A stretch of 64,000 nucleotides of DNA from Myxococcota bacterium (GTDB taxonomy: Bacteria > Myxococcota_A > Polyangia > Nannocystales > Nannocystaceae): the NCBI GenBank assembly GCA_039028615.1, contig JBCCHT010000004.1, forward strand, positions 160,001 through 224,000, read 5' to 3'. Below, one piece after another: positions 17,921-27,493 of the stretch (positions are counted from its first letter, which is position 1; every line of letters starts with the position of its first letter). The notes under the pieces are model-generated. The model was not told the origin of the DNA. It did not search any database and was given only the letters and a program-made list of their open reading frames with translations. The position numbers and the translations under genes were made by a program.

Positions 17921-18676
17921 ATGGCCAGCACGCCGATCCGAACCGCCTTCATCACCGGAGCCAGCAGCGGCATCGGGTCCGCCCTCGCCAAGCGACTCGC
18001 CCGCGAAGGCGTCACCGTGGCCTTGGCCGCGCGCCGCGAGCAAGCCCTGCGAGACCTCGCCGACGAGATCGAAGCCGAAGGCGGCCGCGCCACGATCCAC
18101 CCCGTGGACGTGTCCGATCCGCATGCGACCATCGCCACCATCACCGCGGCCGACGACCAACACGACGGGCTCGACGTGGTCGTCGCCAATGCGGGCGTGG
18201 GCAAGGGGCAGTGGAGCGGCAAGCTGACCTGGGACGATTGCGCCAACGTGCTCGCGGTCAATGTGGCGGGCGCGACCGCGACCCTCGTGGCCGCCCTGCC
18301 CCGCATGGTCGAGCGCAAGCGTGGTCACCTGGTGGGCATCTCGAGCATCGCCAGCTACCGCGGCCTGCCCAAGTTCGCGGTCTATAGCGGGTCCAAGGCC
18401 TACCTCAGCACCTTCCTCGAGGGGCTACGCGTCGACCTGCGCAGCACGGGCATCAGCGTCACCGACATCCGCCCCGGCTTCGTCGAGACCCCGATGACCG
18501 AAGACAACGGCAAGATGCCGTTCGTGGTCACGGCCGAAGACGCGGCCGACCGCATCTACCGGGCCATCCGCGGCCGCAAGGACGTGCTCACCTTCCCGCT
18601 GCCCATGGCGGGCGCCGCCAAGACCATGGCCGCCCTGCCCAACGCGATCTACGACCGCATGATGAAGCTCGGCTAG
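17921..18676 (+). CDS. Short-chain dehydrogenase/reductase
   Basis: TGASSGIG, NAG, YSGSK catalytic motif, PGFVET. Confidence 0.93.
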   Translation: MASTPIRTAFITGASSGIGSALAKRLAREGVTVALAARREQALRDLADEIEAEGGRATIHPVDVSDPHATIATITAADDQHDGLDVVVANAGVGKGQWSGKLTWDDCANVLAVNVAGATATLVAALPRMVERKRGHLVGISSIASYRGLPKFAVYSGSKAYLSTFLEGLRVDLRSTGISVTDIRPGFVETPMTEDNGKMPFVVTAEDAADRIYRAIRGRKDVLTFPLPMAGAAKTMAALPNAIYDRMMKLG

Positions 18677-18688
18677 GAGTCGCCCGTC

Positions 18689-19765
18689 ATGGCCGCCTAT
18701 CGCTCGCAGATCCAACAGTCGCTGCACTACTTCGCGCGGCCTCACCAGGAGATCCGGCGCACCCCGATCGGGGGCCGGGCGGCGTGGCGAGGCGGGGACC
18801 TCCGCCCCGAGCAGTGGCTGGAGACGCTCGACGCGGCGGCGATCGAAGAGCTGTGCGCGGCGCTGAAGCATGCGGGCGACTGCGGCCGCCCCACGGGCGA
18901 GCTGACCCGCGACGACTTCCCGCTCCCGAACCTCGGTTCACGCTTCGCGGGGTGGCGCGACGAGCTTTCGAGAGGCCGCGGTTTCCTCGTGCTGCGAGGC
19001 ATTCCCGTCGAGCGCTTCAGCGAGACCGAGGCGGAGCGCTTCTTCTGGTGCTTCGGCCTGCACATGGGCATCCCCGGCGCCCAGAACCCGCAGGGCGATC
19101 TGGTCGGTCACGTGCGCGACACCGGAGCCCCGATGGACGGCTCCGTTCGCCAGTACCGAACCCGCGAGGCCATCGACTATCACTGCGACCTCGCCGACGT
19201 GGTGGGTCTGTTGTGCCTGCGCACCGCGGCATCGGGCGGCACCAGCTGCATCGCCAGCTCCGTGCATGCCTACGACGAAATCGTGCGACGCCGCCCCGAT
19301 CTCGTCGACCAGCTCTATCGCCCGATGAAGGTCGACACCAAGGGCGAGGGGGGCATCCCCTTCATCCCGGTGGAGCCCTGCCGCTATGCCGAGGGCCAGC
19401 TGCGCACGTTCTGGCACTCGTCGTACTTCCGGTCGCTCGAGCGCTACGACTGGGCCGAGCCCCTGACGGATCCCGAGCGCGAGGTGCTACAGCTGCACTC
19501 GAAGATCATGGCCGAGCCGGGCACCGCCCTGCACATGGAGCTGCGACGCGGCGACATTCAGATGGTGAACAACCACACCATCGTGCACGGGCGCGGGGCC
19601 TTCGAAGACGGCGATCAGCCGCGTCACCTCCTGCGGCTGTGGCTCTCGCTGCCGCACCCCCAGGGGCTGGCGTCGCGGCTTCGGGCGGAGCGCAGCCGCT
19701 TGCAGGTCCTGGGTCGACTGGTCGGGATGCGGCTCAAGGCTCGATTCACCTCGCAGTGGAAGTAG
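18689..19765 (+). CDS. TauD/TfdA family 2OG-Fe(II) dioxygenase
   Basis: GRGFLVLRG, YHCD (HxD), GDIQMVNNHTIVHGR, RHLLRLWL. Confidence 0.88.
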   Translation: MAAYRSQIQQSLHYFARPHQEIRRTPIGGRAAWRGGDLRPEQWLETLDAAAIEELCAALKHAGDCGRPTGELTRDDFPLPNLGSRFAGWRDELSRGRGFLVLRGIPVERFSETEAERFFWCFGLHMGIPGAQNPQGDLVGHVRDTGAPMDGSVRQYRTREAIDYHCDLADVVGLLCLRTAASGGTSCIASSVHAYDEIVRRRPDLVDQLYRPMKVDTKGEGGIPFIPVEPCRYAEGQLRTFWHSSYFRSLERYDWAEPLTDPEREVLQLHSKIMAEPGTALHMELRRGDIQMVNNHTIVHGRGAFEDGDQPRHLLRLWLSLPHPQGLASRLRAERSRLQVLGRLVGMRLKARFTSQWK

Positions 19766-19780
19766 CGCGCAGCGCCTCAC

Positions 19781-19832
19781 AAAAAAGCGGGCCGGTCTGC
19801 GCCGGGACGCCCCCACGGCACAGACCAGCCCG
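19781..19832 (-). terminator. Rho-independent terminator of the 19856..20155 gene
   Basis: On the minus strand a long stem (CGGGCTGGTCTGTGCCG...CGGCGCAGACCGGCCCG, mismatches become G-U) followed by CTTTTTT. Confidence 0.75.
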
Positions 19833-19855
19833 GACCAGCGAACCGGAAAACGGTG

Positions 19856-20155
19856 CTACTCGGCGTCCGCGGCCTCCTCGGCGGCGGGCTCGGTCGCCTC
19901 GTCGGTGGGCGTCTCGTCCGTGACCATGTCCTCGTCACCGTCGGCGCTCGCCGGTTCGGTGACCTCCTCTCCCGGGCAGGCCGGGAATTCACAGTTCGGA
20001 CCGGTACGGCTCACCGAGCTGCCGTCATCACAGACTTTGGCGTCGGCGGTGCAGGCCGTCATTCCATCCGGTTTGGCCGTGTCGGCCTTGGGGTTGCACG
20101 CCCCAATGGTGGCCGCCGCCAAGATGGCCGCGGCGAGTGGGTGTCGTATCGTCAT
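19856..20155 (-). CDS. Small lipoprotein with CTxDAKxCxDGSxVxRxGPNCEFxxCP motif
   Basis: Lipobox IGAC; 4-Cys motif; acidic tail; own terminator. Confidence 0.8.
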   Translation of the reverse strand: MTIRHPLAAAILAAATIGACNPKADTAKPDGMTACTADAKVCDDGSSVSRTGPNCEFPACPGEEVTEPASADGDEDMVTDETPTDEATEPAAEEAADAE

Positions 20156-20224
20156 GCCCCCAAAACGCCGCCCGCGTGGCGGCCCTTGCAGGGCGACCCC
20201 CGAAAAAGCGAGCCGGTCGTTTTT

Positions 20225-20869
20225 TCAGCCCGGGGTTTGAATATCCAGCGAGCGCCACAGATACCAGCTCGCCACCGACCGGTAGGGCCGACATCGCTCG
20301 CCCCAGGCCTCCATCTCGCGCTTGCCCGGCAGCTGCTCCGTGCCCATCAGCAGCGCGACGCCCTTGCGAACCCCGAGGTCATCGACCGGCCACTGATCGA
20401 GGCGACCGAGCTGGAACATCATGAACATCTGCGCCGACCAACGCCCGATGCCGCGAACCGCGGTGAGCCGCTCGATGAGCGCCTCGTCGTCGAGCTCTTC
20501 CACGTCGTCCAGTGGCAGGCGGCCCTCCACGACGTGGCGACACAGGTCGCGCAACGCCGCCTGCTTCTGTCGGGACAACCCCGCCTTGCGCAGCTTGGTG
20601 TAGTGCGTGCGGCGGATCTGCTGCGCCGAGGGAAACAGGTCGCCCGAGTACAGGGCCCGAAAGCGGCCATAGATGGTCGCGGCCGCCTTCCCGGACAGCT
20701 GCTGGTACACGATGGCGCGCGCCAGCGACTCGAGGTGGCTGTCGGCCTCGCCCACCCGCATGCGGCAGCGCCCAACCTCGTCGATGACCCGAGCGAGGCC
20801 TTCGTCGGCCTTACGCAGTTTGGCCAGGGCTCCTCGGGGCAGACGAATCGCTCGCCCGCTCGCGCTCAT
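20225..20869 (-). CDS. alkA: DNA-3-methyladenine glycosylase II (AlkA/HhH-GPD family)
   Basis: IVYQQLS, GLSRQK, VRGIGRWSAQM (HhH), PVDDLGVR, PYRSVASWYLW. Confidence 0.9.
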   Translation of the reverse strand: MSASGRAIRLPRGALAKLRKADEGLARVIDEVGRCRMRVGEADSHLESLARAIVYQQLSGKAAATIYGRFRALYSGDLFPSAQQIRRTHYTKLRKAGLSRQKQAALRDLCRHVVEGRLPLDDVEELDDEALIERLTAVRGIGRWSAQMFMMFQLGRLDQWPVDDLGVRKGVALLMGTEQLPGKREMEAWGERCRPYRSVASWYLWRSLDIQTPG

Positions 20870-20888
20870 CGGGGGACCCTCGCCCGTC

Positions 20889-20941
20889 TTGCTGCCGTGA
20901 CCATCACGCTCCTATAGTCTCCCGCACGTCGCACAGCGACG
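20889..20941 (+). promoter_or_regulatory. Candidate sigma70 promoter plus palindrome upstream of the nucleoside catabolism operon
   Basis: TTGCTG-N18-TATAGT (20889-20918) followed by CGTCGC-ACA-GCGACG (20927-20941). Confidence 0.4.
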
Positions 20942-20962
20942 AAAGGCCGGGGAGACGACGCG

Positions 20963-21790
20963 ATGAGCGAGCACGCACGGAACGCAGCAAAGGTAGTCGA
21001 GCAACGTCGCCCCGGGTTTCGCCCGCGCGTGGGCCTGACGCTGGGCTCCGGCCTCGGAGCGCTGGCCGAGAAGGTCGAAGACGCGACGGTCATCGACTTC
21101 ACCGACCTGCCGGGTTTCCCTCAGCCCAGCGTCGAGGGGCACCACGGTCGCCTCGTGCTCGGACGCCTCGGCGGTCAGGACGTCGCGTGCCTCCAGGGTC
21201 GCGTGCACCTGTACGAAGGCCATGCCCCGCAGGCGGTCACCCCGCTGGTCCGCACGCTCAAGCTCATCGGGTGCGAGACCTACTTCGCGACCAACGCGGC
21301 GGGGGCCCTCGATGTCGACGCCGAGCCGGGTCAGCTGATGCTGATCACCGATCACATCAACTTCCAGGGCGGCAACCCGCTGGTCGGGCCCAACGACGAT
21401 TCCTTCGGCCCCCGCTTCCCCCCGATGGACGGGGCCTACGACGCCGAGCACCAGCAACAGCTGCGTGACGTCGCCAAGGACCTGGGCATCCCCCTGCGCG
21501 AGGGCGTCTACCTCGCCACCCTGGGGCCCAACTTCGAGTCCCACGCCGAGGTCCGGGCCTTCGGCATCCTCGGCGCCAACGCGGTGGGAATGTCCACCGT
21601 GCCCGAGGTCATCGTGGCCCGACACTGTGGTCTGCGGGCCGCGGCCGTCTCCGTGCTGACCAACCTCGCGGCCGGCCTGTCGGACATGGTCCTCAGCCAC
21701 GAGCAGACCCTGCAGTACGGCCAGGCCGCTGCGGCGGACCTCACACGGCTCGTTTTGGGCTTCCTCGAGCGCTTGCCCGCCAAGGGCTGA
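20963..21790 (+). CDS. Purine-nucleoside phosphorylase (trimeric PunA/XapA type)
   Basis: LGSGLG, GHHG.L, QGRVHLYEG, TNAAG, DHIN, GPNFE, VGMSTVPE, TNLAAG, LSHE. Confidence 0.95.
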   Translation: MSEHARNAAKVVEQRRPGFRPRVGLTLGSGLGALAEKVEDATVIDFTDLPGFPQPSVEGHHGRLVLGRLGGQDVACLQGRVHLYEGHAPQAVTPLVRTLKLIGCETYFATNAAGALDVDAEPGQLMLITDHINFQGGNPLVGPNDDSFGPRFPPMDGAYDAEHQQQLRDVAKDLGIPLREGVYLATLGPNFESHAEVRAFGILGANAVGMSTVPEVIVARHCGLRAAAVSVLTNLAAGLSDMVLSHEQTLQYGQAAAADLTRLVLGFLERLPAKG

Positions 21791-21941
21791 CCAGACGACC
21801 ACCCCCGCCCGAATTCGGCGGAAAACAGCCTACGCCCGGCCCCCCACGGCCATCTCGCGTCCGCTTCGATCTTCGGGCAGACTCGATGACCCGCTCGAGG
21901 TCGCGCCCGTTTCGGCGCGCCAGCGTAGGAGGCCGGATTCG

Positions 21942-22958
21942 ATGGGCAAGAACAAGAACAAGGACAAGAGGCACGTGCGCGCCGTACCGGAGCCGCCGGC
22001 CGACCACACCATCGAGCGCAACCCCGGCATGCCGCTGTCGCTCGACTGGGTCCGCGAGATCCGAGTCAACCGCAGCGCGGTCGAGCGCCGTGCCGCCACC
22101 ATCCCCACCCGTCGCTCGGTCAAGAAGGCCTGGCAGGCGGCGTGGTACCTGCGGGCGATCGCGCTGACCGACCTCACCACGCTGGCCGGCGACGACACGC
22201 CGGGCCGCGTCCGCCGACTCTGCGCCAAGGCTCGCAACCCCGTGCGCCAGGACTTGCTCGACGCGATGGAGGTCGGTGACCTGAACCTCAAGGTCGCGGC
22301 CGTCTGCGTCTACCACGAGATGATCCCGACCGCGATCGAGGCCCTCGAGGGCAGCGGCATCCCCGTCGCGGCCGTGGCCGCGGGCTTCCCCGCCGGCCTC
22401 TCCCCGCTCCCCGAGCGGATCAAGGAGGTCGAGCAATCGGTGGCCGCGGGCGCGACCGAGATCGACATCGTCATCAACCGCGCCCACCTGTTCACGGGCA
22501 ACTGGCAGGCGATGTACGACGAGGTCCGGGCCTTCCGCGAGGCCTGCGGCGACGCCCACCTCAAGTCGATCATCGCGACCGGTGACCTTCGCATCCTGCG
22601 GAACGTGGCCAAGGCCAGCGTGGTCTGCATGATGGCCGGCTCCGACTTCATCAAGACCTCGACCGGCAAGGAGTCGGTCAACGCGACCTTGCCCGTCAGC
22701 CTGGTCATGGCCCGCATGGTGCGGACCTATCTCGAGCGCACCGGGTTCAAGGTCGGCTTCAAGGCGGCGGGCGGCATCCGAGCCGCCAAGCAGACCTTGG
22801 GCTACCTGGCCCTCATGAAGGACGAGCTCGGCCGCGAGTATCTCGAGCCCGAGCTGTTCCGCTTCGGCGCCTCGTCCCTCGTCTCCGACATCGAGCGTCA
22901 GCTCGAGCACTACGTGACCGGCCGCTACTCGGCCTCGTTCCGTCACCCCATCGCGTGA
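21942..22958 (+). CDS. deoC: Deoxyribose-phosphate aldolase (long type)
   Basis: DLTTL.GDDT, EIDIVINR, HLK.I, DFIKTSTGKE, GFKAAGGI, FRFGASSL. Confidence 0.96.
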   Translation: MGKNKNKDKRHVRAVPEPPADHTIERNPGMPLSLDWVREIRVNRSAVERRAATIPTRRSVKKAWQAAWYLRAIALTDLTTLAGDDTPGRVRRLCAKARNPVRQDLLDAMEVGDLNLKVAAVCVYHEMIPTAIEALEGSGIPVAAVAAGFPAGLSPLPERIKEVEQSVAAGATEIDIVINRAHLFTGNWQAMYDEVRAFREACGDAHLKSIIATGDLRILRNVAKASVVCMMAGSDFIKTSTGKESVNATLPVSLVMARMVRTYLERTGFKVGFKAAGGIRAAKQTLGYLALMKDELGREYLEPELFRFGASSLVSDIERQLEHYVTGRYSASFRHPIA

Positions 22959-25369
22959 AGGCAGCCCACATCATGAGCAGCTCCAGCGTCGCCGAAATCT
23001 TCCAGAGCATGGACTACGGGCCCGCCCCCGAGAGTGATGGGCCCGCCCGCCAGTGGCTCGCCCAGCACGACGGCAAGTTCGGCCTCTTCATCGACGGCAA
23101 GTGGCAAGAGCCCGACACGGGCACCCACTTCGACTCCACCAATCCCTCCGACGGCAAGGTCCTGGCCCAGATCGCGCAAGCGGGCGAGGCCAGCGTGGAC
23201 GCAGCGGTCAAGGCCGCTCGCACGGCGCAGGCCGGCTGGGCCGCCCTGGGTGGCCACGGCCGTGCTCGCTACCTCTACGCCCTCGCGCGGCTCGTGCAGC
23301 GGCACAGCCGGCTTCTGTCCACGCTCGAGAGCCTCGACAACGGCAAGCCCATCCGCGAGACCCGGGACATCGACATCCCGCTGGTCGCCCGGCACTTCTA
23401 TCACCACGCGGGCTGGGCCCAGCTCATGGAGACCGAGCTGCGCGGCATGGCTCCGGTGGGCGTGGTCGGCCAGGTCATCCCCTGGAACTTCCCCCTGCTC
23501 ATGCTGGCGTGGAAGGTCGCGCCGGCCCTGGCCGCGGGCAACACCATCGTCATCAAGCCGGCCGAGTTCACCAGCCTCAGCGCCCTGCTCTTCGCCGAGC
23601 TGGCCGCGAAGGCGGGCCTGCCCCCCGGCGTGCTCAACATCATCACGGGTGACGGCTCCACCGGGGCGCTCATCGTGGGGCACGAGGACATCGACAAGGT
23701 CGCCTTCACCGGCTCGACCGACGTGGGTCGCATCATCCGCAAGGCCACCGCGGGCCAGGCCAAGCACCTCACCCTCGAGCTCGGCGGCAAGTCGCCCTTC
23801 ATCGTGTTCAACGACGCCGACCTCGACTCGGCCGTCGAGGGCGTGGTGGATGCCATTTGGTTCAACCAGGGGCAGGTGTGCTGCGCCGGATCGCGCCTGT
23901 TGCTGCAAGAGGACATCGCCGAGGCGATGATCGCCAAGCTGCGGGCCCGCATGGACACGCTGCGCATCGGCAACCCGCTCGACAAGTGCATCGACGTCGG
24001 CGCCATCGTGGCTCCCATTCAGCTCGAGCGCATCGAGACGCTGGTCAAGCAGGGCGTCGACGAAGGCGCCACGCTGTACCAGCCCAAGGGCGCGTGCCCC
24101 AAGGACGGCTGCTTCTACCCGCCGACTCTGCTCACCGGGGTGCAGCCCGCCGCCACCTTGGCCCAAGAAGAGGTCTTCGGCCCCGTGCTGGTCACCATGA
24201 CCTTCCGGACCCCGGACGAGGCGGTCGAGATCGCCAACAACATCCGCTACGGCCTGGCCGCCAGCGTGTGGAGCGAGAGCATCAACCTCGCCCTCGACCT
24301 CGCCCCGCGCATTGCGGCGGGCGTCGTGTGGATCAACTCGACCAATACCTTCGACGCCGCCTGCGGCTTCGGTGGCTACCGCGAGTCCGGGTTCGGGCGC
24401 GAGGGCGGCATCGAGGGCATGCACGCGTACCTCGAGCCCGCCTTCATCGAGCAGCTGCCGCGCTACGAAGACCCGGCACCGCTGCCCGAGCCCAAGGAGC
24501 CCGAGACCGGCGAGGGCCTCCGCAGCATCGACCGCACGGCGAAGCTCTACTACGGCGGCAAGCAGGCCCGCCCCGACGGCGGCTATAGCCGCTCCGTGCT
24601 CGGCCCCGACGGCACCATCGTGGGCGAGGTGGGCGAAGGCAACCGCAAGGACATCCGCAACGCGGTCGAGGCCGCGCGCAAGGCTTCGGGCTGGGCCACC
24701 CGTCCCGCCCACGGCAAGGCGCAGATCCTCTACTACATCGCCGAGAACCTCGAGGCGCGCGCCGAAGAGTTCGCCCGCCGCCTGGTGGCCATGACCGGGG
24801 TCAGCCGGGCGCAGGCTGATCGCGAGGTCCAGGCCTCCGTGTCGCGGCTGTTCTCCTACGGCGCCTGGGCCGACAAGTTCGAGGGTCGGGTCCACAGCCC
24901 GCCCATGCGCAACGTGACCATCGCGATGCACGAGCCGATCGGCGTGGTGGGCATCACCTGCCCCGACGACGCGCCGCTGCTGTCGTTCATCTCGCTGGTC
25001 GCCCCGGCCATCGCGATGGGCAATACCGTCATCGCGCTGCCCTCCGAGCGCCACCCGCTGGCCGCCACCGACCTGTACCAGGTCTTCGACACCTCCGATG
25101 TCCCCGGCGGCGTGGTCAACATCGTCACCGGCGACCGCAAGGGTCTGACCAAGGTCCTCGCCGCGCACGACCGCGTCGACGCCTACTGGTACGTGGGTCC
25201 CAAGTCCGGCTCCAAGCTCGTCGAGGAGCTGAGCATCGGCAACATGAAGCGCACGTGGGTCAACAACGGTCGCCGCCGCGACTGGTTCGACAACGAGCAG
25301 GGCGAGGGTCGCGAGTTCTTGCGGCACGCAGTGCAGGTCAAGAACATCTGGGTTCCCTATGGCGAGTAA
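22955..25369 (+). CDS. Two-domain aldehyde dehydrogenase (ALDH16-like), deoC-associated
   Basis: PWNFP, FTGST, LELGGKSP, QGQVCCAG, EEVFGP, plus a second degenerate ALDH domain; GTGA overlap with deoC (alternative ATG 22973). Confidence 0.93.
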   Translation: MKAAHIMSSSSVAEIFQSMDYGPAPESDGPARQWLAQHDGKFGLFIDGKWQEPDTGTHFDSTNPSDGKVLAQIAQAGEASVDAAVKAARTAQAGWAALGGHGRARYLYALARLVQRHSRLLSTLESLDNGKPIRETRDIDIPLVARHFYHHAGWAQLMETELRGMAPVGVVGQVIPWNFPLLMLAWKVAPALAAGNTIVIKPAEFTSLSALLFAELAAKAGLPPGVLNIITGDGSTGALIVGHEDIDKVAFTGSTDVGRIIRKATAGQAKHLTLELGGKSPFIVFNDADLDSAVEGVVDAIWFNQGQVCCAGSRLLLQEDIAEAMIAKLRARMDTLRIGNPLDKCIDVGAIVAPIQLERIETLVKQGVDEGATLYQPKGACPKDGCFYPPTLLTGVQPAATLAQEEVFGPVLVTMTFRTPDEAVEIANNIRYGLAASVWSESINLALDLAPRIAAGVVWINSTNTFDAACGFGGYRESGFGREGGIEGMHAYLEPAFIEQLPRYEDPAPLPEPKEPETGEGLRSIDRTAKLYYGGKQARPDGGYSRSVLGPDGTIVGEVGEGNRKDIRNAVEAARKASGWATRPAHGKAQILYYIAENLEARAEEFARRLVAMTGVSRAQADREVQASVSRLFSYGAWADKFEGRVHSPPMRNVTIAMHEPIGVVGITCPDDAPLLSFISLVAPAIAMGNTVIALPSERHPLAATDLYQVFDTSDVPGGVVNIVTGDRKGLTKVLAAHDRVDAYWYVGPKSGSKLVEELSIGNMKRTWVNNGRRRDWFDNEQGEGREFLRHAVQVKNIWVPYGE

Positions 25370-26696
25370 AGCCGGACCCTTCCTCCCGCAGGAGATCATC
25401 CGCAAGGTCCGCGACCGCGTCGCGCTGACCGAAGCGGAGATCCAGTTCTTCGTCGCGGGCCTCCGCGACGAAAAGCTGAGCGAGGGGCAGGTCGCCGCGT
25501 TCGCCATGGCCGTGTTCTTCACCAGCCTGACCCGCCCCGAGTGCGTGGCGTTGACCCGCGCCATGATGGAATCGGGCGACGTGCTCGACTGGTCGGGCCA
25601 CGATCTGCCCGGCCCCATCGTCGACAAGCACTCCACCGGAGGCGTGGGCGACAAGGTCAGCCTGATCCTCGCCCCGGCGCTGGCCGCCTGCGGTGCGGTG
25701 GTCCCGATGATCTCCGGCCGCGGACTCGGCCACACCGGAGGCACGCTCGACAAGCTCGAGAGCATCCCCGGCTACGACGTTCGCCCCGACAACGACCGCT
25801 TCGGCGAGGTCCTGCGCGAGGCCGGCTGCGCCGTCATCGGTCAGACCGCCAACCTCGCCCCCGCCGACAAGCGCTTCTATGCGATCCGCGACGTCACGGC
25901 GACGGTCGAGTCGATCCCGCTCATCACCGCCTCGATCCTCAGCAAGAAGCTGGCCGCGGGCCTCCAGCGCCTGGTGCTCGACGTGAAGGTCGGCAGCGGG
26001 GCATTCATCCCCGAGCCGGATCGCGCCCGCGAGCTGGCCCAGAGCCTCGTCGAGGTCGCCAAAGGGGCGGGCCTGCCCTGCTCCGCCGTGCTCACCGACA
26101 TGAACGAGGTGCTGGGGTGGACGGCCGGCAACGCCATCGAGGCGCGCGAGTCCATCGAGCACCTGCTCGGCAAAGCGAGGGATCCCCGCCTGCACGAGGT
26201 CACGGTGGAGCTGGCGGCCGAGCTGCTGCATCCCACCGGGCTCGCCACCGACCTCGACGATGCCCGCGCCAAGGTCCAGCGCTCCCTCGACGACGGCTCC
26301 GCCGCGCAGCAGTTCGCCAAGATGGTGCAGGCGCTCGGCGGCCCCGCCGACATCCTCGACAACTACGAGACGCACCTTCCGCTCGCGCCCGTCACCATGG
26401 AGGTCAAGCCCGAGCAGCCCGGCTATATCCAGTCGATGGACGTGCGCGCCGTCGGCCTGGCCGTGCTCGCCATGGGCGGAGGACGACGGCGCCCCGACGA
26501 CGCGATCGATCCCAGCGTGGGCCTCTCCCAGATCCGGGGTCGCGGCGCCGACGTCGGTCCCGATGCCCCGATCGCGGTGATTCACGCCCGCGACGAGGCG
26601 CAAGCCGAGGCCTGCGCGAAGGCCCTGCTCGGCGCGGTGACGGTGGGCGAGCAGGTCCCCGTCCCCACGCCCGCGATCCTCGATCGCATCGGCTAG
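25359..26696 (+). CDS. deoA: Thymidine phosphorylase
   Basis: DKHSTGGVGDK, SGRGLGHTGGTLDKLESIPG, RDVTATV, SILSKK, DVKVGSGAF. Confidence 0.96.
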   Translation: MASKAGPFLPQEIIRKVRDRVALTEAEIQFFVAGLRDEKLSEGQVAAFAMAVFFTSLTRPECVALTRAMMESGDVLDWSGHDLPGPIVDKHSTGGVGDKVSLILAPALAACGAVVPMISGRGLGHTGGTLDKLESIPGYDVRPDNDRFGEVLREAGCAVIGQTANLAPADKRFYAIRDVTATVESIPLITASILSKKLAAGLQRLVLDVKVGSGAFIPEPDRARELAQSLVEVAKGAGLPCSAVLTDMNEVLGWTAGNAIEARESIEHLLGKARDPRLHEVTVELAAELLHPTGLATDLDDARAKVQRSLDDGSAAQQFAKMVQALGGPADILDNYETHLPLAPVTMEVKPEQPGYIQSMDVRAVGLAVLAMGGGRRRPDDAIDPSVGLSQIRGRGADVGPDAPIAVIHARDEAQAEACAKALLGAVTVGEQVPVPTPAILDRIG

Positions 26697-26699
26697 GCG

Positions 26700-27488
26700 A
26701 TGGCCTCGTTGCCCAACCCGGAGGCGATGTGGCGGGTCCTCGTCGACTCGCTCGCGCTCCGGGCCGACTCCGAGCTCATCGAGCACGACGACTGGACCCA
26801 GCTGCGGACCCCGTCGTCGCCCTATCACACCAACAACAAGGTCATGCGGGCCCGCTGTACCGCGGACGACGTCGACCCGCGCATCGCCGCCGTGCTCGAC
26901 GACCATCGAAGCCGCAACGCGGGCCTGACCTGGATCGTCGACCACGACTCGACCCCCGCCGACCTGAGCCAGCGCCTCGAAGCGGCCGGCCTCGATTTCG
27001 ATTGCGTCGCCATCGGCATGGCCCGCGCCGTACCGAACGAAGCACCCCCTCCCCTGCCGCCGGGCGTTCGCGTACGAAAGGTCACCCTCGACGACGCCCC
27101 CGTCATGGGCCAGCTGAGCTACGCCTGCTTCGGCGGCGTCCCCTCGTTCGCGGACTTCGTCGCCGACTGGGTTCGGGCGGGCTTTCGCGGGGAGCTGGGA
27201 GACCTGAGCCACTGGCTTGTCTCGCTCGACGGCGAGACGGTCGGTTGGTGCACGCTGCGGGTGCTCGGCTCGCTCGGCTATCTGCAGGGCGCGGGTGTGC
27301 TGCCCTCCGCTCGCGGACGTGGGCTCTACCGGGCGATGACCTGGCTACGCCTGGAGGCATTGCGCGAGCGCGGCATCCCGTGCGCGGTGATCTGGGCCGA
27401 CGAGAGCACCTCGGGGCCGATCGCGGTACGCATGGGCTTTCAGGAGATTTGCTCCGCCCGCTACTACCGCCTCGCCGACCCCAACTGA
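26700..27488 (+). CDS. GNAT family acetyltransferase
   Basis: C-terminal VLPSARGRGLY motif A and RMGF. Confidence 0.75.
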   Translation: MASLPNPEAMWRVLVDSLALRADSELIEHDDWTQLRTPSSPYHTNNKVMRARCTADDVDPRIAAVLDDHRSRNAGLTWIVDHDSTPADLSQRLEAAGLDFDCVAIGMARAVPNEAPPPLPPGVRVRKVTLDDAPVMGQLSYACFGGVPSFADFVADWVRAGFRGELGDLSHWLVSLDGETVGWCTLRVLGSLGYLQGAGVLPSARGRGLYRAMTWLRLEALRERGIPCAVIWADESTSGPIAVRMGFQEICSARYYRLADPN

Positions 27489-27493
27489 GCCGC

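Noticed and set aside
20225..21790. Functional link between alkA and PNP (salvage of excised bases)
   Set aside because: Only divergent adjacency supports it
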